Assembly: GCA_030704615.1 (NCBI GenBank)
Contig: CM060733.1
Coordinates: 53,196,001 to 53,260,000, forward strand
Length of the DNA stretch: 64,000 bases
From: Takakia lepidozioides
Lineage: Eukaryota > Plantae > Bryophyta
Direction: 5' to 3'
Positions within the stretch are counted from its first letter, which is position 1. Every line of letters starts with the position of its first letter. The position numbers and the translations under genes were made by a program. Below are positions 13,501 to 23,600 of the stretch, one piece after another. The notes beneath the pieces were generated by a model, which did not search any database, had not been told where the DNA came from, and worked only from the letters and a program-made list of their open reading frames with translations.

Positions 13501-16500
13501 CAGGCGTGGGGTCTAAAGCTCGTAGTCTATTGTCTGATTGACTCAACTACAAACCAGGGTGGAGTCTTATGCATGCTAGAGTAGATGAACTATTAGGTAG
13601 GCTGCCTTCTTTTCTTGCTTCACTTTTAGAGCCTTTTGCACAACACACTGGCTGGAGAATTTGGGAATCTGGGGGATTGTCTGCTACTTCACTTCAGTTC
13701 AGCAAGCTTCTATCTGAACTTTCTGGTGGTATTTGTCCTACAGCGGTGGAATGGGCCATGTTTGGTGCATTTTGGACGAATGGGCAGATTTGCAGTGCAA
13801 CATCTCGCCTGTTATTACAGGTCTGTCCTCACAAATAATAATCTGTTTGAAAGGATCACCACTGACAGCGATACACATCAAATCCACGTCTTAGTGACTC
13901 CATTGGGAAGTTGGTACCAAGTTAAGAAACAATGATCCTGTTTCTATCCAATGTCAAAATTGGAGATGTCAATGGGTATAAGTGGACGGGTAAGATGTGT
14001 ACTCTCAAGGCAGCCTCTGCCAAACGCGGCCAAAAAGGGGTTGGATTCTTTGTCCGCGATTTCTTGTTTGATAATTGTGAAATTATCAACAAGGGTTTGA
14101 GGTATGAGCATAGTATCTGGCTAAAACTGAATCTGAAGGGCGTGAATACGAAGGACCTCTTTGTGGGTTGTGTATACATGCCCACAGAGGGGACCCTTAG
14201 TGTTGACGCAGACAAAGCCAGAGGTCAGGTGGTGCTATTGGGTGACTTCAATGCCCGGGTGGGCAAAGGGCTCCATCAGGACGATATCATTGGGCCTTTT
14301 GGTGAGGACGAGCTGAATTCTAATGGCAGACGGTTAATTAACTGTCTGGAAGAGCTTCAGCTTTTGACCTTGAATAACAGGACAAGAGGTGACCAAGTGC
14401 AGTGGACTCGTGAGAAATCCCAAACTGGGGAACGTTCCATTGTGGACTATATCATAATGGACAAAAATTTGTTTCCCCAGTGTGCCAATGTGTTGATCGA
14501 CAGAACTGATATTGGTACCTCTGACCACTTCCTGGTTTGGACTGAGATCAAAAGGTGTTTTCCCAACACCAAGAGATCTGTGAAACGTTCGATTCGGAAG
14601 TGGCGCATAGAAAAATTCCATAATGAGGAGGTCAAGGCTGAGTACGTCCAGGCCTTGCAAGAGGCTCTCCCTCATTTTGTCCAATTGCTCCAAGAACTTC
14701 AGTCTCGCTCTGACAACGCAAGAAATGAAGTTGAAAGAGCAGTGGACTCTTGGGAGAGTTTCGTTTCCTCCGTGGCTGACAAGATCATTGGGAAACTAAT
14801 TGTCTGCGGTAGAGCTGTTAATTGGTGGACCAATGAGATTAAACTCAAGATAGCTGAGAGACGAGCCCTCTATAAAGAGTGCTGCAATTTGGAAACCAAC
14901 AGAGAATTGTGGGCGAGGTACTACCAGCTCCATAAAAGATATCAATCAGCTTGTTAGGTCTCAGAAGAAATTATACTGGGACAAGTTATACAGTGAAATA
15001 AACTCAAACCACCAGGTGGTAATGACAAGAAATTCTGGTTGGCCCTTCAACGTTTGTACAAGCCGAAAAATGTTCAGCAAGTCCAAGCGCTGAAGACTAC
15101 TAAAGGTGCAGTGGTGACTTCATCGGTTGAGTCAAAACCTTTGAAACTCACTACAGTATCCTTGGCAGAACTTCTAGGTCTAACAGTGAGGGGTATTCTG
15201 CTGAATGGAGGGACACAGTTGGAAAAACTGTTCCTATGATTCAAAACAGCCCTGATGAACTGGAGTATATTTCAATGGCTTATAACGCTCCCATTAGTTC
15301 TTCTGAGATTGGAAGCAATTGAACATTTAAATGGATATAAAGCTGGTGGACCTGATGGTATTGTCAACGAGCTTATCAAGCACGGTGGTGATCCCATGAT
15401 AGAGGCCCTAGTTCTCCTCTTTAACTTATCTGGAAGACTGAAATGATCCCCTTTCGCTGGCGACAGGGGGTCATTGTCAATCTATACAAGAAGGGTGACA
15501 GAGAAGAACCGGGGAACTACTGTGGCATCACGCTCCTCAATGCTGTTGGCAAGACATTCTGCAGAGTTATAAGTACTCGTCTCGAGGTTGATCTGGAGTC
15601 TAGAGGTTGTTTCCACGAAGGCCAAGCTGGCTTTCGGTGAAACAGGGGCTGTGTGGATCACATCTTCACTCTAAGCCAGATTATCCAGGGAAGGAAAAAA
15701 GAAGGGAAACCCACTTATGTTTTTTTCCTGGATGTCAAAAAGGCTTATGACACAGTGTGGAGAGATGGCCTATGGTTCCGCCTCTGGTCTTGTGGGATCA
15801 AGGGAAAGATGTGGAGAGTTGTCCACAACTTGTATGCTCACACCAAAAGCTGTGTCACTGTTAACGGACAGAAGTCCAACTTCTTTGACATAGACCAAGG
15901 TGTAGCTCAAGGATGTACTCTCTCCCCTCTGCTCTTCAATGTTTTCATCAATCAACTCCTCGAGGATGTGGAAAGTGAGGGATTTGGGTTAAGGGTGGGT
16001 GATACCACCATACCAGCCCTTATGTTTGCGGATGACTTCGCAGGCATAGGGAGACTCCAACCAATCTCCAGGAGTTGATTGATTGCGCGAAGAGATACTT
16101 TGATCTTTGGGGGCTAGAGGCTAATGTCAGCAAATGTGCAGTGGTAGCATTCAACGACAGAGGAGAGGGAGGAAGTGATCTTAAGTGGCAGTGGGGTAGC
16201 CAAGAGATCCCGATCCTCCCTTCCTACACGTACCTGGGCATTGAGTTTTCCTCCAATTGTAATTGGGATGCACATATCCGGAAAGTTGTTCAAACTGGCA
16301 AGGGCAAAGCTCTGGGGCTCACTAAATTTTCCACTGCAGGGGTCAACTCTGAGGTTAAGAAAACCATGCTTTGTCGCGTTATTAGACCTGCCTTGGAGTA
16401 CGGATCTGCAATATGGGTTGATAACTCCAACCAGGCTAAGTCTCTAGAATCCATTCAAGTGGGGGTGCTTAAGGAGTGCATGTCAGCATGCTCCAAACAG

Positions 16501-19500
16501 CCAATGTGGCTGTTCGGGTGAGTTTGGCATTCCGTCCTTAAGCTCCCGACGAGATGAATTCAAGGTCAGATGGTGGGGTCAGCTGCAACATATGTCCAAC
16601 ACCAGATATCCTAAGTTAATCGACTCTATATCTTGGAAACAGGACCGCCCTGTCAAACAGGCTAAGTCCTGGCAGAAGAGAGTAGAAGAGATTCTCAAGG
16701 ACCTGGACCTGGATCCGCAAGTCTTGACTCTGCTGGATAAATCTGACTTAGAGGCTGTAGTCTGTTGCCATGAGATTGTCTGATGAAAATGAAGTTAGGC
16801 AGAAAACTTCCCTGAACTTGTTTCCAGTCAGTGACATGGGGGAGGACATCTTGGATGACCTCAAGGGTCTACCACTCTCGGCACTAGACTGAAATTTAAA
16901 CTCAGGGCAGGAAGCCTACCTTTGAACAGCAAACAGAAGCAGAGAGAAAAGGGAGAGTGCAATTGCCCGTTGTGTGGGCAATCTGAAGACATTATTCATT
17001 TTCTGATACACTGTCCGGGGTTCTCTCACCAAAGAGACGCTCTCTTCAAATCTATCAAGGGAATTGTGCCTGTACCCCTGTTTACCAACTTTGAAAGTCT
17101 CGAGGCTGAGCCAAAAGCCCAGGCCCTCCTGAGGCCTAGTTTTTGGGCAAATCACACACAGCAGATTGATGCTTGTGTGAACGGATTTCTAGAGGATATC
17201 TGGAAAACCCGGATTAATTCTATATATGAAGGTAAGTCTTACTACCAACGTCAGCGCCTGACAGAGGTAGGTTCTGTCCCTTTTGTTCCCGCTCAAACTG
17301 GGCGCAGGGTCAATGGCCACAAGGCTACGGCAAACAACGTCTTATGAGTACAATCTATCCAATGTCAAAGATACTTGTGTGTGAATTACCTGTCCTTGTC
17401 CAGTCTGAAATTCAAACTAGGAGTAGGTGTCCATCAAGTTGATGCTCAATGCAAAGAGCTTTTTAGCAAATCCGAAAGGCCTGATTCAGCCTAAATATTC
17501 CAGTATCTTTTACTGGGAACGTCAACCCTCAGTCTGTGGCAGTCCTATTATGCTCCACTTCCATCCTCCTTTCCCATTCCGCCCACCCCTCAGCACAGGC
17601 TCTACAGCCAGAAGGCTACTGCAAGCAGCTGTAATCATTACCTTCTCTCAGTTGAGCCATATTCCCTGCTGGTATGTTGGAGAGTCATGTTCCCATTGTG
17701 TTCTTTCACTAGTTGACTTTTGTCCCTGGTGGTGCTCACTACGCTAGGAAGGAATTGCCCCCGAATTTTTGAAGAAGCTGAGCACATGGGCAGCAAGTAT
17801 AAAGGTGGGAGACCCTTTGGAGAAGGACTGCCGACTGGGCCCTCTTGTTAGTGCCAACCAGGTAACCTTTCCCATCTCCCACATTATGTGTATAATGATG
17901 AGACTGAAAACTTTTGCCTTTGCTGAGCCTTTATGAAATATATGAGCCAAATGCGTATCCTACCAGGGAAGTCTTCAATCATGCTTCTTGATCCATTCCA
18001 GATTACATCTCTCTGTTTTTTGATGGCATAGATACTTCCAACTTGACCTAAATGTTGTTGTGTGTGGACAGCTTAAAAAGGTGATGAACTTCGTGGAAGT
18101 GGCACAGAAGGAGGGAGCAACACTTGTGTGTGGTGGCAAACGCCCTGATGTGAGCTGTCCCTTTCTGTATCACTTTTGAGGGTTTTTCGTTCTTTAGGTG
18201 AACCATGTGGAGAAGTGGATCTCATGACTTTGTATATTTAAGTTCTGTGAGGCTTGAAAAATAATAAAAAATAACCATTAAAAGCTTGAAACTCTTAGGC
18301 TTGCAAAACTGATCTCACTTTTTACCTTTGTTTTTCATGCTTGATTGGTGAAATCTGCCGAACAGCTCAGAGATGGGTAAGGCTATGTGGCATTGAGTAA
18401 TCCCATCGCGACCGAGAAATTTTGGGCTGGTAGTGCAATTCAAGGTGAAGTAATGGTCTGCTAGTTATTTGGTTGACATTGCTTCGATCTTGTGTATTGA
18501 TGAACACTTTTCATGTGCGTCCGCAGCACTTAAAAAAAGGTTTTTTTGTGAGTCCAACTGTTCTATCGGATGTGAAGCCATCAATGCAATTATGGACGGA
18601 GGAGGTATTTGGCCCAGTCTTGGCGATCTCCACTTTCCAGACAGAGGATGAGGCTATTGAGCTTGCCAATGACACCCAGTAATGCCCTTATCCTTTGAAC
18701 CACCGTTGATTAGCGCCATTGTGTTTAGGTTGGCCCGTTGTGTTTGCTTACTGCAATACTTTTCAATGCTGATCCAATACCTGGTTTTGGGAGCTTACAT
18801 TTCTTGGTTCAAGGTAAAGAGCAGGACAGCCATCTACGTTTGTGGTGAATTACATGAAGGACATTAATCAAATTACTTCTCAGGGTTGACATGGAATGCT
18901 GTTGAGCGTGCAACAGGTACGGTCTTGCAGGTGCTGTCATTTCTAAGGACGACGAGCGGTGCAAGCGTGTTTCCGAGGTCTCTCTCTCCCTTTCCCTGTT
19001 TCCCTGCGAAATTAAGTTTGAATGATCTGACAATGAAAATGCTCTTCAAGTTCTGCATAGCAGTCTTGAGCTAGGAAAATGGTTGTACAATGCAGAAAGG
19101 TGCCATTCATCTTCATAGGCTCCAGATACGGTAGCCAAACTCCTGAAGGGGCTTGAAGCGAATGAAGGGTCGAAGGGCTTCGTCCCTTATTTTTCCTTGT
19201 ACACATTGAGGGCTTGATTCATGTGTGGGAATTTGTGTGCTGGGTGCACAGGCATTGCAGGCGGGGATTGTGTGGATAAATTGTTCACAGCCGTGTTTCT
19301 GCCAAGCTCCATGGGGTGGCAACAAGCGCAGTGGCTTCGGTCGAGAGCTGGGTGAATGGTGAGGCCAGGCCCTGTACCCCATCCCTCATTTGTCTCTTTA
19401 TACTCATTTCAAACGAAAGCTATGGTATGCTAACTTAATTATAACTGATTTGCAGGGGTCTCAACAACTATCTTTCTGTGAAGCAAGTCACCCGCTATGT

Positions 19501-19546
19501 GTCCGATGACCCATGGGGTTGGTACCCAAAGCCTTCTAAGCTCTGA
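10597..19546 (+). CDS. ALDH10: ALDH10 aminoaldehyde/betaine-aldehyde dehydrogenase, peroxisomal (C-terminal SKL), 15 exons
   Basis: GT-AG exons: 10597-10711, 11082-11224, 11505-11585, 11776-11924, 12133-12225, 12542-12665, 12922-12987, 13399-13465, 13744-13820, 17748-17861, 18072-18149, 18527-18678, 18917-18977, 19252-19358, 19456-19546. Motifs: [32 protein letters not shown] (catalytic Cys), [16 protein letters not shown]. Confidence 0.96.
13959..17353 (+). mobile_element. 5'-truncated APE-RT LINE in ALDH10 intron 9; frameshifted; 16-bp TSD
   Basis: TSD TCTATCCAATGTCAAA at 13943-13958 and 17354-17369. APE motifs: [24 protein letters not shown] motifs: [35 protein letters not shown]-terminal zinc knuckle CPLC...HFLIHC. 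No poly(A) tail. Confidence 0.95.
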
Positions 19547-19895
19547 AGAGAAGTGCTGCAGACTGGCCCCTTATATAGCCAAACATTTTAATGTGCTAGA
19601 GAATCTCCCATGAAGGGCAATGATTGTTTACTAAGGGTCGCCATTGCGGTGAGCTAAAACTGCATACATAAAGTTTTATTAGTGCAATATTGTGTGCAAG
19701 GTTGACAGCAGCCATGATATGAACAAAACTGACCTATCAGTGTGGGTAGAAATCTGCCTTGGATTGATTGTCATTTGAAAGCATTCTTCTCAATGCTTTG
19801 TTAATTATTCACTTTCTTGTGATTGATTTCATCACAATTTGCCAAAAGTGGATGTACTTTCTGAGTGCTTGAAAGTTTTCTTTTTTGCTACATGT

Positions 19896-20322
19896 TTGGG
19901 CAGCTTAAAATAATAATGACGATGACGTGGGTGAAGAAAGGAAGAAAGCGTTATTATAGCAGATTCGCAAAACAAAACCTCAAAATTCAGTGTTGTTTTT
20001 CCTGTTGGGCAGCTTAAGAAAATGATGACGATGACGTGGCTGAAGAAAGGATGACAGTGATATTACAGCAGATTCGCAATAAAAAACGCAGAATATTTTT
20101 TTGCCTGGTTTGGCAGCCAAAAAAGGACGAGGATGACGTGGCTACGATGACGTGGCTGTTGATAACATGGTAATGATGACGTGTTTATGATGACGTGGCA
20201 AATGATGCCATGGCGATGATGACGTGGATGATGATGCCATGGCAATGATGACGTGGATGATGATGCCATGGCAATGATGACGTGGAATTATGCACTCTAT
20301 TCCTGCTTTACACTAAACTAGT
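19896..20322 (+). repeat. ATGACGTGG-rich tandem repeat ending ...CACTAAACTAGT; probable TE terminus
   Basis: About nine TGACGTG cores, including 29-bp units GATGACGTGGATGATGATGCCATGGCAAT. A homologous inverted copy lies at 31710-31795. Confidence 0.7.
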
Positions 20323-20647
20323 CATTTACCCCTTCACTCCACACTAGACCAGTGAATCCCGGTTAAGGGGGGGTGAGGAGGATTTGACAGGGGGCAAACT
20401 AGAGGCCCGGGAGGCCATGGTAAGTCAAAGCCCTGCAGTGTGTGTGTGTGCAGGTCGAGCAGAGACCCACTTCGAGATGGTGGTGTAGAGATGGAGGAGA
20501 CTAGTGTGGAGTTGATGAGAATGCCTTTGCACCAAAATCTCTTGTGGATGCAAAGTCACTCACTCTTCTTGCATACTGAGATCTGGGTATGCTTTGTTTC
20601 TATTCCCATGTACAGACTCCCTTGAGTGCAGTAGCAAAAGGGCAGCT

Positions 20648-23600
20648 ATGACTGCGCAGACAGTATGCATGGCATCCGTGGGTAACATGCCCGCCTTCTC
20701 CACATCTTGTGGAGGAGAGCTCGCTACGTGCAAGCCTGGCCCTTGGATGAAAGCTTCTGAAAGGTGTGGGCTGTATACTCTGTACGCTCCTCTGTACAAT
20801 CCAAACCGCATTGCATTGAGTTTTATTTCGAACAGATTGAAGCCAGTTGCGGGGCAATGGAGAAGAGTAGAGGAGTTCCAGGATGAGGAGCGAGTCCGCC
20901 TGGAGGGTGAGACAAATCAGTGGCCACTGTTGCCCTTGGGTCCATTCAGCATGGAAGTTGCCATCGCAAGCAAATATCTAGAAAGGCCAAATACGGGCAA
21001 GGAGGTGCTTTGGAACAGCAATTTTGCAAACCCCCGTCTTTGGTGGGACAACCGAAGCAACGAGGTGAATGGTTGTTATAACCTTACGGCAAAGTAATGA
21101 TATGGGTGTCTCTCTTCTCTCTCTCTCTTTCTCTCTCGCTGCAAGCGCTTTCACCTCAAGTCTGTGAGTGACAGTCCAATCACATTTACATGTGTCAAAG
21201 CTGCTGCAAGCTAGAGAGATAGTGGAGCAGTGCTGGATCAACCTCATTCTTTCTAGTATCAATCTCTCCATCTATCCAGTGGAGGAATTGTTTCCTGTAA
21301 ATTATGGAGGTTGTATGCAATTTGTTGTGGAGGCAGGGACAGCTGATGGAGGTAGGAGTGTGGGTGCAGATCCATTGTAGAGGACCAGATTTCAAGCACA
21401 AGAGAACCAACGAGGCAATGTCAATTGATAGCTACAAAATACCTGTGGGGATGGATGGTCAATTGGAGAAGCTGGAAGCAAGTATCATGAAATGTCCTTA
21501 TGAGATGGATCAGGTGATTACTGCGTGTTTGCTTCCAGCAGTATCGTTACATTCGCCATGAATGAAGTTACCTGCAAAATCCCAGTCAGTGATGGGACAA
21601 TGGAGGCAATAAGGTGAGTGCCTACTATGTTACAGAGCAGAAGGTAGACAACAAGATTCATTCAGTAATTACCTCACAAATAAGGACAGCCGCAAGGGTC
21701 TGTCCCTTCTCTCTTTCTCTTGCCCCCTTGTCCTTTTTCACACACCTGTTCTCCTCAAGACTGACTGGCAGTGCAACCACATTCACATCTGTCGCAATCT
21801 AGTGGAGAAGTTCTGGATAATCCCAATGCTTTCTAGTTGGGCACTGCCGGCCCATTGATCAACACAGAAGTCTCATAGCTGGGCAACCTGATTCACATGT
21901 CACATGTTTGATTGCAAGCTAGAGGGCGAAAGAAGCAGGGGGTTTACCCTCATGCTTTCTAATAGGTGGGCAAGGCCAGTGCATTATTTAACACTCGGTT
22001 CCACAGACCTGGATTGTCTTTGGCTGTGCCCAAGCACTGGAAATTTGTGGCTGTCTCAAGTATGCCAGTTGTCTTTAAACCCCCAACTTGCTTGCCAAGG
22101 GGAATAATCTCAGAGGTACTCTTGAGCAACACATCACACTAGTCAATGAGTCCATTCTTTTCCTTTTTCCACAGCCACAGATGTCCTACTAATTTGGAGT
22201 GCCACAGTAGCAGTTCCTGTTATGGCAATGCCAGTCCTTAAATCAACACTCAATCCCCTCTAATTGGATTGTTTGTTAACTGTGTCTAGCAGTATTATAA
22301 GTTTGCCTACTTTCCAGACCACACAACTCATCCTAGTAGATTTAGTCCTTGCAAGGATATGCCCTAACCATGCTTGCAAGGACGTGGCTGTCTGTTTCTC
22401 ACACACACTCAGACACAAACATTCCATTTTTAGTCTTGTGAGTAATTTCGAGCATAGGAACTAGTGTCAGGCAGGTAGCGATGGTCTGTACTCAGCAAAT
22501 TATAGGTTGTCATTGTCAGCTAGTTTGGGTAGGGGAAGGATCTATCGTTTTTGGTGAATGTAGTAGAGATTGCTTAAGGAGGCTGGGATGGAGTGGGGCT
22601 GCAGATCAATCCCCTACAACCAGATTTGAAGCGCAAGAATACCAACAAGGCACTATGGATTGGCAGCTTCAAGAAACCTGCAATGGTAGATGGTCAAGTG
22701 AAAATAGCTACATCACAGTTGGTTGCATCAGGCACCTCCACCTGGACCACTGCTTTTAATGGAGGACTAAGAGAGGGAGTCCACAGCAACTCTTCCGACA
22801 CTGGGGCTGTGAAAAGACTATGTAAGGCAGGACAAATACAAGAGGCACTGCACATTTTGAACAGAGGCAGCATTTCAGCAGATTCCAATACTTATGTTTG
22901 TCTCTTGCAGTGTTGTATCAAGATGATAGGTTTAGCAGAGGGAAAGCAGGTCCATGCTCACATTATCCAAAGTGGATTCAAGCCAGACGTCTTTCTATAC
23001 AACACTCTCATCAACATGTATGCCAAGTGCAGGAGCATGCCGGACGCACGCCTAGTGTTTGATAAAATGCACGAAAGAGATATATTTACCTGGAACATTA
23101 CGATGGCAGGGTATGCCAAACATGGATGTGGTAGGGAGGCCTTGGAGATGTATGAGCAAATGATACAGGAAGGCATGAGACCCGACAATGTCACGTTCAC
23201 CTCTGTTCTGAAGGCATGTGCCAGCCTAGGAGCCATGGAAGAGGGCCAGAAGGTACATGCTGACATCATTAAAGCTGGAGTTGTGCCAGATATCATTCTG
23301 GGGACTGCCCTTATTGCCATGTATGCCCAGTGTGGGAGCATAAAGGATGGGCGTCGAGTGTTTGACAAAATGGCTCAAAGAAATGTGGTCTCGTGGAACG
23401 CGATGATTGCAGGATATGCTCAGAATGGGTGTGGCCAGGAGGCTGTTGGGATCTATGAGCAAATGATACAGGAGGGAATGACACCAGACAAAATCACATT
23501 CGTTGGTGTTCTCAATGCATGTGCGAGCCTGTCAACCTTGGAAAAGGGCAAGGAGGTCCATGCTGACCTGATCAAAGCTAGAATTGTGCCAGATGTCATT

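Noticed and set aside
20560-20811. Minus-strand ORF ending GNRNKAYPDL, faintly PDF-like
   Set aside because: No WWDN or ALW context and antisense to the real exon; probably coincidence.
21590-21592. Idea that the TGA in the PDF half-motif is repaired by RNA editing
   Set aside because: This is a nuclear gene, neither C-to-U nor U-to-C editing converts UGA to UGG, and the segment is also out of frame.
22593-22683. ORF-track start (GTG 22593) or first ATG (~22683) as the PPR-DYW start codon
   Set aside because: The GTG lies just inside a predicted intron. The ATG would leave a PDF-like sequence conserved upstream without explanation. The ATG is not fully excluded as an alternative start.
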